Notes under the pieces: model-generated
The model's database searches: none
Seen by the model: only the letters and a program-made list of their open reading frames with translations
Told to the model about the DNA's origin: nothing
Assembly: GCA_964545065.1 (NCBI GenBank)
Contig: CAZJEO010000001.1
Coordinates: forward strand, 53,338 to 117,337
Length of the DNA: 64,000 nucleotides
Reading direction: 5' to 3'
Source: Candidatus Woesearchaeota archaeon
GTDB taxonomy: Archaea > Nanobdellota > Nanobdellia > Pacearchaeales > GW2011-AR1
Shown: positions 1 through 9,655 of the stretch, in pieces
Layout: every line of letters starts with the position of its first letter
Numbering within the stretch: the first letter of the stretch is position 1
Made by a program: the position numbers and the translations under genes

Positions 1-133
1 TAGCAATTTCGTCACAAAAATCATCGTAGCTTGGGCTTGGATAAAAAGTATATACGCCGAGGTTTACTAATCCAAAAAGAATCAGCGCCAACGCGATGCC
101 CATTGTTATTTGCATTGGGTTTTTCTTTTTCAT
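1..133 (-). CDS. hypothetical membrane protein, N-terminal part (gene runs off the window edge)
   Basis: Minus-strand ATG at 133..131, open to position 1. Translation MKKKNPMQITMGIALALILFGLVNLGVYTF... has one hydrophobic helix. Too short for the ORF track. Confidence 0.3.
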   Translation of the reverse strand, partial: MKKKNPMQITMGIALALILFGLVNLGVYTFYPSPSYDDFCDEIA

Positions 134-158
134 GACTGTAAGAAATCAGAGTTGTTTA

Positions 159-971
159 TTAATTTTTCTGAATGATTTGAGTGTTTTGAGAAGTGGGTAG
201 AAGAGATATTGATTTTCTTAATTTGTTTGTAATCTGCTGTGTTGCAATTGTCATTTTTTCTTTGTTGCCGGATTTTTGATCTTTATGTATTCTATATTTA
301 AATGTTATAATTGGATATTTAGCTATTTTATAACCAGCTTTAATAATTTGGAAATTAAAATCACAATCTTCAGAATTTCTTAGGTTCTCATCTAATTTTA
401 TTCCTGCATCAATTATTTTTCTTCTGAACATAATACTTGCTCCTGGAATGAATTTTTCTTTATCTAATGCTTTATAGGCCTCTTTAATTTCTTGTTTTCC
501 TTTAGCAAATTTTTTTAATCTTTTTAAGGGCTCTTCTGTATCTGAAAATTCAACAGAGTTGTAAATCTTTTTTGTTCCATTTTCCCAGAATTTGAGAATG
601 TCGCCATAAATCATATCTATTTCAGGATGGTTCTTTAAAAAGAACATTTGTTTTTTTAGTCTTCCTGGGTACATTATGTCATCAGAATCTAAAAAGGTTA
701 TATATTGTGCTTTTGCATTCCTAAGTCCAACATTAATGGAGCTAGCTCTACCCTTATTTGTTTTGCTTTTGAATAATCTTATTCTATTGTCTTTTTTAGC
801 TAATTCTCTAGTAATTTTTAGACTATTGTCTGTGGACGCATCATCAATTATAATTAGTTCAAAATTTTTGAAACCTTGTGAAAGAACTGATTCTATTGTT
901 TCTTTAATATATTTTTCAGAATTATATAAGGGAATGATGACTGAGATTTCTGGAGTTTTAATGTTTTTCAT
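159..971 (-). CDS. glycosyltransferase family 2
   Basis: ORF 159..1049. Shows the GT2 signature ISVIIPLYNSEKYIKETIESVLSQ..ELIIIDDASTDNS and a DSDD motif. Likely start is MKNIKTPE at 971, overlapping the upstream gene end by 14 nt. Confidence 0.85.
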   Translation of the reverse strand: MKNIKTPEISVIIPLYNSEKYIKETIESVLSQGFKNFELIIIDDASTDNSLKITRELAKKDNRIRLFKSKTNKGRASSINVGLRNAKAQYITFLDSDDIMYPGRLKKQMFFLKNHPEIDMIYGDILKFWENGTKKIYNSVEFSDTEEPLKRLKKFAKGKQEIKEAYKALDKEKFIPGASIMFRRKIIDAGIKLDENLRNSEDCDFNFQIIKAGYKIAKYPIITFKYRIHKDQKSGNKEKMTIATQQITNKLRKSISLLPTSQNTQIIQKN

Positions 972-2277
972 TGCTAATTTGAACTGGATTAGAAGTTTGA
1001 GGTTTAATCTGTATTTTATTGTTTTCGATACAGGATCGAAAAATTCCAACTAATCTGTCGGTGGTTTTCTTTACATTAAACCTGCTTTGAACTCTATGCA
1101 TTCCTGCTTTGCCCATTCTCGCTCTTCTTTTTTCATCTGTCATTAGTATTGCTAATTTTTTTTCTAATTCTATGGGTGAATCTGGAGCTATCAAAAAACC
1201 AGTTGTATTATTTACTATTATTTCTGGTACTCCTCCGACACTTGTTCCTATTACAGGCAATCCGCAAGCCATTGCTTCTGTATAAACTAATCCAAATGAT
1301 TCCATTTGTGATGCCATGGCAAAAATGTCTGAGCCATTATAAACAAGGGGCATTTCTTGTAATTCAAATGGTTGCACAATGACTTGATTACCAACCCCAT
1401 GTATTTCTGCTAAATCTTTTATTTTCTGAGTTGCTTCTTCAAAACGTTTTATCCAAGCTTTTGTTCCTTTTGCTGTTGATATTAATAATTTTATATTTTT
1501 GTGTTTTTGAGCAAGCATAGAAAAAGATTCTAAAAGAGTAGTTATTCCTTTAAGTTCAAGAGTTGAATGTGTTTTGCTTCCAGTTATTCTGCTTGCATGG
1601 GTAATTAATAAATCCTTATCTGATATTCCAATTCTTTTTCTTAACCATTCTTTTCCAAGATTTGGCCTAAAAAAGTCTGTATCTACTCCTGGATATGCTA
1701 CAAGTAATTTTTTAACTTTTACTCCTGCATTATATGATTCTTTGTTTACGTTTTTACTAACACTTACTATTTTAGACCACATTAAATCTTTAGTTAAAGC
1801 TTTTTCTATTTCTTTCTGAAAATGTGTATGTCTTCTTAGAATTGCAGGAACTCCTGTTTCTAAAGATACAAGGTTTACAGCAAAAGCATAAGATGGAGGA
1901 GTTCCTCTCTGAAAATTCTCTGCAGAAATTATGTCTATTTCTTTTTGAGTTACTAAATTTTTGAGATAATTATATAATCTTTTCCCCCCAACTTCTTTAT
2001 TGCTAAATTCTGCATTCATAACACGTAAACTATGTATTGTGAGATTGTCTTTTCTTTCTATTCTGTTTTTATCAAAAGATGCTGTAATTACATCTACAAT
2101 ATGCCCTCTTTTGAGTAATTCATTGATTGTAGTATTAAGATATCTTTCTATTCCTCCAATACTATTAGTAGAATAAACAAAAGTAACAAAACAAATTCGC
2201 ATATTTTTGTTTTTTTCTTGAGTTTCCTTTATGGGTGGAGGTTCATCATTATCCTTAGTTTCTCTTTGATCATCCAT
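958..2277 (-). CDS. glycosyltransferase family 4 (GT1-fold)
   Basis: ORF 958..2352. C-terminal motif ESFGLVYTEAMACGLPVIGTSVGGVPEII..TGFL. The start is uncertain (2352, 2277 or 2202). A TATA-like TTTTTTAAAG on the minus strand at 2356..2365 argues against 2352. Confidence 0.8.
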   Translation of the reverse strand: MDDQRETKDNDEPPPIKETQEKNKNMRICFVTFVYSTNSIGGIERYLNTTINELLKRGHIVDVITASFDKNRIERKDNLTIHSLRVMNAEFSNKEVGGKRLYNYLKNLVTQKEIDIISAENFQRGTPPSYAFAVNLVSLETGVPAILRRHTHFQKEIEKALTKDLMWSKIVSVSKNVNKESYNAGVKVKKLLVAYPGVDTDFFRPNLGKEWLRKRIGISDKDLLITHASRITGSKTHSTLELKGITTLLESFSMLAQKHKNIKLLISTAKGTKAWIKRFEEATQKIKDLAEIHGVGNQVIVQPFELQEMPLVYNGSDIFAMASQMESFGLVYTEAMACGLPVIGTSVGGVPEIIVNNTTGFLIAPDSPIELEKKLAILMTDEKRRARMGKAGMHRVQSRFNVKKTTDRLVGIFRSCIENNKIQIKPQTSNPVQISNEKH

Positions 2278-2417
2278 GAAATTATACCTTGTTTTTGCTA
2301 TAAAAAGCTTGTTATTTTTTGTTTGATTGATGAGTAGTGAAATCTTTATCAAAAGCTTTAAAAAAGAACTTCTCGTTTTAATCTCACCTAAATTTAATGA
2401 TTTAGGACAAATTTAAA

Positions 2418-2555
2418 ATGGAAGAAGACGAAAACAAAGAAGAAACTACTGAAGCTACTGATTCAGAAGAAGCAGCTCCAGAAAAACCTGCTTCAGAAGA
2501 ACCTGCAGCTGAAGAACCTGCAGCAAAAGCTGAAGATTCAGAAGACGAGGAATAA
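2418..2555 (+). CDS. small acidic protein (45 aa), hypothetical
   Basis: ATG 2418 to TAA 2553..2555. Translation MEEDENKEETTEATDSEEAAPEKPASEEPAAEEPAAKAEDSEDEE. A TATA-like AAATTTAA lies about 20 nt upstream and a T-rich tract follows the stop. Below the ORF-track length cutoff. Confidence 0.35.
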   Translation: MEEDENKEETTEATDSEEAAPEKPASEEPAAEEPAAKAEDSEDEE

Positions 2556-2715
2556 ATCCTCATTTTTACTAATTCTTTTTTTTATTTTTTTATGGTTTGA
2601 ACTTAAAATTAGCTAGATGGATATGTTGATAATTGAAATTCGCGGGGTTGAGTATGGTAGATTTGCAATCAGATATCAGGAATAAATTTATAATCATCAA
2701 ATCTTTTAGTTAATT

Positions 2716-3621
2716 ATGAGTGTGATCAAAGTTATTTTGGGTTTGTTGTTTTTTCTTTTAGTTGTTGGTTTGCTTATGTTTTATTGGTTTCTTCCTGGAG
2801 GAATTGATTTTGGTTCTCAATCTGGAAATTCTAATTTTAGTGTTGAATATGGTTCTGAAGAGATGCAATTTTACAAGAATATGAGGTTTTCAACGCCGAG
2901 CATTTCTTATAAAATTTTGAATTGCCCGCTGCAGAAAGAGGATGAAATGGAATATTCATTTGAGATTTTATCTAATAAGAGTGTTTTGAATTTTTATCCT
3001 GTTGCAGAAAATGAAGATATTTCTATAACTTGTGATAGTACAAATAGGATTGAAGGAGGTTTGTTTATTGCAGGAGAAGGTGGGCCTACAAATATAACTC
3101 AAGCTGGAGAATTTAATGTTATTCAGCATGGGAAAATTTTATTGATAAGAGAATCAAAATGTGCAAATCCCAATGTTGGTTTACATGAATTGTTCCATGT
3201 TTTGGGATTCAAACATTCTTCTAATAAGAATAATATAATGTACAACATAAGTAAATGTGATCAAGTGATAGGAGAAGATATTATTAGGTTGATAGATGAA
3301 CTTTATTCTTATCCGACTTATCCTGATTTAGTTTTTGAAAATGTTTCTGCGAAAATAGAAGCAAGGTTCCTTAGTACAAATATTAGTGTGAGAAATAATG
3401 GGCTTGCGGATGCTGGTGAGAGTGAGATAATTATTTATGTTAATGGGAAACAGATAAAGAAAGTTGATTTAGAATCTTTGGAGATTGGATTTGGGAGGAT
3501 GATAATTCTTGAGAAAGTTTTTATTTCGTCGCTTGTTGTGGATAGTTTGGAATTTGAAATAAGATATACTGGCGAAGAGTTAGAAAAAGAAAATAATAGA
3601 ATTAAATTAAATATTGATTAG
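2716..3621 (+). CDS. membrane-anchored zinc metalloprotease (metzincin-type HExxHxxGxxH) with a C-terminal CARDB-like beta domain
   Basis: N-terminal TM helix VILGLLFFLLVVGLLMFYWF. Motif HELFHVLGFKH. The C-terminal segment NVSAKIEARFLSTNISVRNNGLADAGESEIIIYVNG resembles CARDB. Confidence 0.6.
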   Translation: MSVIKVILGLLFFLLVVGLLMFYWFLPGGIDFGSQSGNSNFSVEYGSEEMQFYKNMRFSTPSISYKILNCPLQKEDEMEYSFEILSNKSVLNFYPVAENEDISITCDSTNRIEGGLFIAGEGGPTNITQAGEFNVIQHGKILLIRESKCANPNVGLHELFHVLGFKHSSNKNNIMYNISKCDQVIGEDIIRLIDELYSYPTYPDLVFENVSAKIEARFLSTNISVRNNGLADAGESEIIIYVNGKQIKKVDLESLEIGFGRMIILEKVFISSLVVDSLEFEIRYTGEELEKENNRIKLNID

Positions 3622-3832
3622 ACAAATCAGCCGTCTAGGTCTAATTCGTCTATAGCGTTGGTGAGTTCGTCTTCTTGTTCACTTTGTGAAGGTTTTTCCT
3701 CCATTTTTTACCCCTGTTATCTTTTTTTAGAGAAGGTTTAGTTTTTAAATATTTCTATGGGTTGGGAGTTACTCGCCAGTAATTAAAGTTAGTTGGGTAA
3801 AATATAAAATTTAAAATATATTCTGAAATAAT

Positions 3833-3844
3833 AACTTTTAAAAA
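3833..3844 (+). promoter_or_regulatory. BRE/TATA-like promoter element for tRNA-Tyr
   Basis: AACTTTTAAAAA lies 22 nt upstream of the tRNA 5' end and matches the consensus seen before many genes in this window. Confidence 0.4.
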
Positions 3845-3866
3845 CACTTTCTAACTTTTAGTTTTA

Positions 3867-3937
3867 CCCTCCATAGCTTAGTGGTAGAGCGGTTGGCTGT
3901 AGCCCGACATGTCCCAGTTCGATTCTGGGTGGAGGGA
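3867..3937 (+). tRNA. tRNA-Tyr (GUA)
   Basis: Manual cloverleaf. Acceptor CCCTCCA/TGGAGGG, D arm GCTT-AGTGGTA-GAGC, anticodon arm GTTGG-CTGTAGC-CCGAC, T arm CCCAG-TTCGATT-CTGGG. C1-G72 is typical of archaeal/eukaryal tRNA-Tyr. Confidence 0.9.
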
Positions 3938-3938
3938 T

Positions 3939-4268
3939 TTATTTATCAAGAACTTCAAATTTGTCGCTTCTAAAAGTCATTAGATGCGTTTCCCCATCTT
4001 TAGAATATTCTGAACGAAATAGAATAGTATACTCCCCTGATTCTTCGAATATGTAAGTAGGAATATCAACATTTGATAGAATAAAATTTAAAATGAAACC
4101 GGGTACGGGCAATCCTCTGTATTTTATTATTACATCTTTGGTTTTTATATTTAGTCTATTCCTTTCATAACTAAATTTCATAATTCCTCCTTCTTCTAAA
4201 TCCATAGTAAGATCTTTGAATTTTTGAAATTCAAATAACTTCCCTTCTTTCCATAATTCCCATTCCAA
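3939..4268 (-). CDS. hypothetical protein
   Basis: 109-aa ORF in a co-directional gene string. No recognisable motif. Confidence 0.5.
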   Translation of the reverse strand: MEWELWKEGKLFEFQKFKDLTMDLEEGGIMKFSYERNRLNIKTKDVIIKYRGLPVPGFILNFILSNVDIPTYIFEESGEYTILFRSEYSKDGETHLMTFRSDKFEVLDK

Positions 4269-4275
4269 TCCTTTT

Positions 4276-4590
4276 TCAACCGAGATTTTTTGAGGTTAAG
4301 TTTTTTACCTCCCCGGTATAATTTAATGGATCTCCTACTGAATAAGTTCCTAATAAAAAATTAATAGTTACATCTTCTTTTGAAACTGGAGTTGTTTGAT
4401 TTTGTCGGCTTTCGTGATATTCTGTTGATATGTCTTGGGAATTTGATTCTAATTTTTGTTTTGGTGTAGATGAAGCTGGTTTATTTATAAGAGAAAATAA
4501 TATTATTGGAATAAGATACTTTAGGCCAGCTCTCATTTTATTCTTCTGTGGGGGTTGGTTTTGTTGGTTGCTCAACTTCCAAACTCGCAC
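4276..4590 (-). CDS. hypothetical membrane/secreted protein
   Basis: 104-aa ORF. Internal Met MRAGLKYLIPIILFSLI (start 4536) followed by a hydrophobic helix is the more likely start. Confidence 0.45.
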   Translation of the reverse strand: MRVWKLSNQQNQPPQKNKMRAGLKYLIPIILFSLINKPASSTPKQKLESNSQDISTEYHESRQNQTTPVSKEDVTINFLLGTYSVGDPLNYTGEVKNLTSKNLG

Positions 4591-4602
4591 AGGTTATTGA
4601 TA

Positions 4603-5985
4603 TCATTCTATTTTCTCCTTACCACGACTTTGCTCGGCTATAAAGAAAGTCTTGTTAGATTCAGCTTCGCGGATTTCTCCTTCTTTTTCATAAATTGCAG
4701 TAGCTGTTGGTAAAGCGAATTTTCCTAAGACACCGACTTTTGAATAAATTATATATGACAATGTTCTTACTTCTCCTGCTTCGAGTTTTTCAAAATCCCA
4801 TCCGATTCTTCTGGTTTTCTCATCGACTCTTGTTGGTTTTTCTACTCCGAATCTCTCGTGGATTTTTACTAAAGGCGGAAGGCGGTCGATTATGCTTACT
4901 CTTTCAATATATTTCCTAGCACTAACAACAAGAGAAACCTTGAGTGCGAATTCCCCTCCCTTGGCTCTTACAAATGAGACCCTTTTCCTTAGAGCAAGGT
5001 CTGTTTTTGAGAATTTTTTTGTGAGTACTACGATTGCGACTATTAGGAAGATGACCAATAATGGGAGGAGCCAATTTGTTCTTATTTTTATTTCAAGTGT
5101 TTCTCCTGGTTTGATTTCTCTGTTCCAAGTGTAATAAACCTTGAATCCCTGTCTTTCAGCAATATCTGGTGAGGGAGAAAGAGTTGTGAAAAGTCTTGTT
5201 ACAATATTTTTCTTTATGACTGTTTCAGATTCTGTGATTGTGTTTCCTTCATTTGATTTTTTTATTATATTTGTTCTTATGATAAACCCATAATCTTCTT
5301 GTGTTGTTTCTAAAATATCTTTCTCAGAGAATTTCATTACGCCTTCTGTGGTTGCTTGTGACTTTCCAATTATCATTTCTGCTTGAAGTGTGTAAAAGCC
5401 AGCCATGATTTCATTGAAATCTTCCTTGTTCAACTGCACATCAAATGTTTTTCTTTCATAAGGAGCAATTGAAAGGGTTTCATCAAAATTGAAAAATGGT
5501 GACTTGAACTCTATTTCTATATTTTCAAAACCGAAATTAACCTCATTTTTAAAATAGATTTGCAGTGAATTTGATTCTGGGCTGAACTCTCCTGAGCCAA
5601 CACTGAATGCGTCTTTTAGATCAATTATTTTTATAAGCAAGGGAAATTCCTGCTCGCTTTTATCCAGACCCTGAATAAATAATTTAAATGTTACTGCGCC
5701 CCCTTGGCTTAAATCCTCTCGCGGGTAGATTCCAAATTGGACTGTTTTTGTTTCGTCTTGTGCTATATTGATTTTTTCTGTTGGGTAGCTATTTCCTCCA
5801 AAAAAAGTATAGAAGAAAAAATTATCTCCTGTACCATTGTTTGTTACTTCTAAATCAAAAACTGTTGGTCTTTCTAAACCAATGATCATTGTCTCATCTG
5901 AGCTGGTTTTTTCAATATCAAGATCTATTGCAAGAATGCTTGGAATAATCAATAAAATTAATAATATGAATGATATTTTTTTCAT
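4603..5985 (-). CDS. secreted/surface protein with signal peptide and a C-proximal TM helix
   Basis: 460 aa. N-terminal signal MKKISFILLILLIIPSILA, beta-rich ectodomain, TM LLPLLVIFLIVAIVVL, then a ~135-aa tail. Confidence 0.6.
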   Translation of the reverse strand: MKKISFILLILLIIPSILAIDLDIEKTSSDETMIIGLERPTVFDLEVTNNGTGDNFFFYTFFGGNSYPTEKINIAQDETKTVQFGIYPREDLSQGGAVTFKLFIQGLDKSEQEFPLLIKIIDLKDAFSVGSGEFSPESNSLQIYFKNEVNFGFENIEIEFKSPFFNFDETLSIAPYERKTFDVQLNKEDFNEIMAGFYTLQAEMIIGKSQATTEGVMKFSEKDILETTQEDYGFIIRTNIIKKSNEGNTITESETVIKKNIVTRLFTTLSPSPDIAERQGFKVYYTWNREIKPGETLEIKIRTNWLLPLLVIFLIVAIVVLTKKFSKTDLALRKRVSFVRAKGGEFALKVSLVVSARKYIERVSIIDRLPPLVKIHERFGVEKPTRVDEKTRRIGWDFEKLEAGEVRTLSYIIYSKVGVLGKFALPTATAIYEKEGEIREAESNKTFFIAEQSRGKEKIE

Positions 5986-6030
5986 AGAAAATTTAAAATG
6001 GAATTCTATTTAAGGATTTCGGTATTAAAA

Positions 6031-6384
6031 TTAATATAGTTCAGGAGGATTCTCTATTAAAAGGTTACCTGAAGGTATATGATATTTATGGATAAATCCA
6101 TGTAAGTATTCTTGAATAATTCTTCCTGCATGTTTATCTCTCCTAGAGTAATCTAGTGTTCCTGTTATTCCTCCTATTTTTCGCCCTTCCCCTTTTTCAC
6201 AAGTCATTATATCTGCAATAATTCTCGGACCTCTTCCTACGCATTCGCGATTTACTCTTATCATTTCACCTGTTGTAGAAGCAGGCTCTTCAATAACTCT
6301 AAATCCAAATCTTTTTCCACATCCTTGTACAATTTTTTCAATATTTTTTTTCAATTCTTCCATTATTTGTGGATCAGATAACAT
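6031..6384 (-). CDS. hypothetical protein
   Basis: 117-aa ORF with no recognised motif. Confidence 0.5.
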   Translation of the reverse strand: MLSDPQIMEELKKNIEKIVQGCGKRFGFRVIEEPASTTGEMIRVNRECVGRGPRIIADIMTCEKGEGRKIGGITGTLDYSRRDKHAGRIIQEYLHGFIHKYHIPSGNLLIENPPELY

Positions 6385-6445
6385 TATCCCAAAGAAACAT
6401 ATGACATTATAAAAATATATGTGATTAAAAATATATTTTAAAATG

Positions 6446-6949
6446 TTATTTCTTACCTTCTAAATCTAGAAATGCTTTAGCTTGGTTTAAGAATTCGTCA
6501 GATTTGTCAATTATTTTATCTTCAAATTCATTAACTCTTGTTGGGATTATCCATTTTTCATAGACGCTTCTGAGGAATTTTCTTGTTGCTGTTTTTTCGA
6601 ACTTTCCTTCATAATCTTTTACTAAGATTCCATTGATTTTTAATTCTACCTCTCCTTTGTTTGTTTTGAGTTTTGCACCCCCATTCTGGATTTCTACTTC
6701 TGTTAATCCAAGTACCTTGAATTCTATTTTTGCCAGGAATTTGAAGTAATCTGTAAGTTTTCTGACACCTTCCCATTTGATTTTTATTTCTTTCGCGTCT
6801 CCAACAATTTTTTCCGAGTATTTTTTTTCTTCAATTAAGAGGTTTGTTTCTTCTGTGATCCAGTCATAACAGAATAAGTAGAATTCTTTGAATGAGAAAA
6901 TTCCTTTGGATTTAATTTTGCTTGAAAATACAGTGTCTTCTTCTGGCAT
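6446..6949 (-). CDS. hypothetical protein
   Basis: 167-aa ORF with no recognised motif. Confidence 0.5.
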   Translation of the reverse strand: MPEEDTVFSSKIKSKGIFSFKEFYLFCYDWITEETNLLIEEKKYSEKIVGDAKEIKIKWEGVRKLTDYFKFLAKIEFKVLGLTEVEIQNGGAKLKTNKGEVELKINGILVKDYEGKFEKTATRKFLRSVYEKWIIPTRVNEFEDKIIDKSDEFLNQAKAFLDLEGKK

Positions 6950-6998
6950 TCTTAAAAGAAGTAAATTTCATTTAAATATTCTTCGTTCAAAGAGTTAA

Positions 6999-7553
6999 TT
7001 ATGTTGCATTCATGCAGGATTCACATAAGAGATCCCCATTGACAACAGATAAGAGATCGAAATTTCCGCATTCTTCGCAGGTTCCTGTTTTTCTTTTGCT
7101 TGCTTTTTTTAATCTTTTTAGTTTTTCTGATTCTTCTCTGATTTTTGAGAGTTCATCTAGTTCGGGGTAGAATTCTGGGTGAAAATTTAAAATGTCTTTT
7201 GTTGTGATTATTCCCAATAGTTCGCCGTTGTGGATTACAGGAAGTCTTTCAAATTTTACTGTTTTCATTTTTTCGATTGCCTGTGTTATTGTTGCGGTTG
7301 GTTTTATTGTTGCTATTTTTTTTGGTGAAATATCAATTGCTTTTATTTGTGATAAATCTTCTTTTGATTTTTTTATTAATGCCCAAAGAATGTCTTCTTG
7401 GGCTATGAATCCAACGAGTCTTTTTTTGTCAACGAGAAGTATGCTCCCTACTCTTTTTCTGACCATTTTTTTGGCGCATTCCAAGAGATTTGTGTTAGGT
7501 TTTACCATGATAGGTTCTCTTGTCATGATATCTATAACAAGTCTGTTATGCAT
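6999..7553 (-). CDS. CBS-domain pair protein with a C-terminal zinc ribbon
   Basis: Two CBS-like repeats (IMTREPIMV..., VGSILLVD; LPVIHNGELLGIITTKDIL) and a CEECGN...CESC ribbon. Confidence 0.75.
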   Translation of the reverse strand: MHNRLVIDIMTREPIMVKPNTNLLECAKKMVRKRVGSILLVDKKRLVGFIAQEDILWALIKKSKEDLSQIKAIDISPKKIATIKPTATITQAIEKMKTVKFERLPVIHNGELLGIITTKDILNFHPEFYPELDELSKIREESEKLKRLKKASKRKTGTCEECGNFDLLSVVNGDLLCESCMNAT

Positions 7554-7617
7554 GTTATAATTAGATGCTTCAAATTTATAAGTTTTTATATCTGGGAATG
7601 TATCTTTTGATTACAAT

Positions 7618-7630
7618 AATGTTTAAATAA
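7618..7630 (+). promoter_or_regulatory. BRE/TATA-like promoter of the thermosome gene
   Basis: AATGTTTAAATAA lies 18 nt upstream of ATG 7648. Confidence 0.4.
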
Positions 7631-7647
7631 CTAAATCTTGATTTGAT

Positions 7648-9261
7648 ATGATGGCAGAAAAACCAGTTGTTCTAATGCCCGAAGATATTCAGCGAATCAT
7701 GGGGAAGGATGCACAGAGAAATAACATCATGGCTGCGCGGATGGTGGCAGAAGTTGTGAAGACGACTCTTGGGCCGAAGGGAATGGACAAGATGCTTGTG
7801 AGTCCGACAAACGAAATTATAGTTACAAACGATGGTGTGACAATTCTCGAGGAAATGCAGATTGAGCATCCTGCTGCAAAGATGATGGTTGAGATTGCAA
7901 AGACTCAGGAGAGCGAGGTTGGTGATGGGACTACAACTGCTGTGATGATTGCTGGGAAACTTTTGGAAAATGCTGAAAAGCTTTTGGATAAGAAGATTCA
8001 TCCGACTGTTATAACTAAAGGATATAAGATTGCGGCTGAGAAGTGCCAGAGTATTTTGAAAGATATTTCATTAAAGATAACTCCTGAGGACGAAGATGTG
8101 TTGAGGCAGATTGCGATGACTGCGATGACTGGTAAGGGTGCAGAAGGTTCAAAGGAAAGACTTTCAGAGATAATTGTAAAAGCAGTTAAACAGATTAAAA
8201 ATGGTGATAGAATAGAATTGAATGATATCAAGATTGAAAAAACAAAAGGCGATGGGATTGCAGATACAGAACTTGTTTCAGGAATTGTTTTGGACAAGGA
8301 AAAAGTTTCTGCAGATATGCCTGCTGCTGTTGATAATGCTAAGATTGCTTTGATTGATTTTCCGTTGGAGTTGAAGAATCCTGAGATTGATACAAAGATT
8401 TCAATTTCTTCGCCAGACCAGTTACAGAATTTTATTGCTCACGAAGAAAAGACAATTAAGAACATGATAAATAAGGTAAAAGAGACTGGTGTGAATGTTA
8501 TTTTTTGTCAGAAGGGAATTGATGACTTTGCGCAGTATTTGCTTTCTAAGGCAGGGATTTACGCTTGTAGGAGAGTTTCTAAGAGTGATATGGAAAAACT
8601 TGCAAAGGCTACTGGTGGCAGGATTGTTAGTAATTTAAGTGAGCTTTCTGCTTCTGAGTTTGGAAAGGCGCAGATTGTTCAGGAAGTGAAACAGGGCGAG
8701 GATTTTTTTACTTATGTTGAAGGATGTCAGAATCCAAAGGCTGTGACTATTTTGATTCACGGCGGAAGTGATCATGTTATAGATGAAATTGAAAGAGCTA
8801 TGAGAGATGGATTGGGGGATGTTGTGTCTTCTTTGAAATCTGGATTAGTGGTTCCTGGGGGAGGTGCGATTGAAATGGAAATTGCAAAAAGATTAAGGGA
8901 GTTCTCCCAAGGTTTGAGTGGACGAGAGCAACTTGCTGTTGAAGAGTTTGCTTCTGCTTTGGAAGTTATTCCTACTGCTCTTGCAGAGAATGCAGGTATG
9001 GATCCAATTGATATTTTGACAGAACTTAAATCGAAGCATGATGCTGGGGAAAGAAATGCGGGGTTGAACTTATTTACAAATAAGGTTGAGAATGTGTTAG
9101 AAGCAAGAATTATTGAGCCGTTTGAGTTGAAGAGTCAGGCGATTAATTCTGCGAGTGAAGTTGCAACAATGATTCTAAGAATAGATGATGTTATTGCTTC
9201 TGAAGAAAAAAGAGGTGGTGCGCCTTCGGGTATGCCTCCTGGAATGGGCGGAGATTTTTAA
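7648..9261 (+). CDS. ths: thermosome subunit (group II chaperonin)
   Basis: 537 aa. Motifs [28 protein letters not shown] and a C-terminal [11 protein letters not shown] tail. Confidence 0.97.
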   Translation: MMAEKPVVLMPEDIQRIMGKDAQRNNIMAARMVAEVVKTTLGPKGMDKMLVSPTNEIIVTNDGVTILEEMQIEHPAAKMMVEIAKTQESEVGDGTTTAVMIAGKLLENAEKLLDKKIHPTVITKGYKIAAEKCQSILKDISLKITPEDEDVLRQIAMTAMTGKGAEGSKERLSEIIVKAVKQIKNGDRIELNDIKIEKTKGDGIADTELVSGIVLDKEKVSADMPAAVDNAKIALIDFPLELKNPEIDTKISISSPDQLQNFIAHEEKTIKNMINKVKETGVNVIFCQKGIDDFAQYLLSKAGIYACRRVSKSDMEKLAKATGGRIVSNLSELSASEFGKAQIVQEVKQGEDFFTYVEGCQNPKAVTILIHGGSDHVIDEIERAMRDGLGDVVSSLKSGLVVPGGGAIEMEIAKRLREFSQGLSGREQLAVEEFASALEVIPTALAENAGMDPIDILTELKSKHDAGERNAGLNLFTNKVENVLEARIIEPFELKSQAINSASEVATMILRIDDVIASEEKRGGAPSGMPPGMGGDF

Positions 9262-9653
9262 TTATTGTCCTGTTGATTTTGCAAGTCCATTGCTTCTGAA
9301 AGAGTTAGCTTAGTTATTTCCCCATGTTCATATTCTCCTTCCAAAGCAATAAGGTTTTTATTCCAATCTATTCCCCATTCTATTAACAAAGTTGAGACTG
9401 CACCTGGCCAGTTTTCATAAGGGGAGGTTAAAAAAGTAAATTTTGCATCTTCATATCCATCTCTGTTAGTATCAAATCTTAATTCTTTCATATCGTAGGT
9501 ACGTTCTCCTAATTGGTACTTACCATTTGATATACCTATTAATCTTGAAAGATCTATACTCGGAGGAGTTGGGTATGTTCTTTCTGGATTAGCGAATAGA
9601 GAACTTGTTGCGCAAGATAATCCTGCTACTAAAAGTAATGTTTTTAATCCCAT
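9258..9653 (-). CDS. small secreted protein (possible lipoprotein)
   Basis: 131 aa. Signal MGLKTLLLVAGLSCATSS. Last gene of a three-gene secreted-protein string. Confidence 0.5.
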   Translation of the reverse strand: MGLKTLLLVAGLSCATSSLFANPERTYPTPPSIDLSRLIGISNGKYQLGERTYDMKELRFDTNRDGYEDAKFTFLTSPYENWPGAVSTLLIEWGIDWNKNLIALEGEYEHGEITKLTLSEAMDLQNQQDNN

Positions 9654-9655
9654 TT

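Noticed and set aside
7672-8297. ORFs antisense to the thermosome gene (7672..8001, 7998..8297). Similar antisense or overlapping ORFs occur across the track, for example 676..1053, 9999..10496, 15516..15908, 16001..16348, 22481..22846, 52472..52834 and 53470..53865.
   Set aside because: Each lies inside a much longer ORF with clear homology-type motifs. The translations are low-complexity Leu/Phe/Ser-rich, typical of the reverse frame of AT-rich genes.
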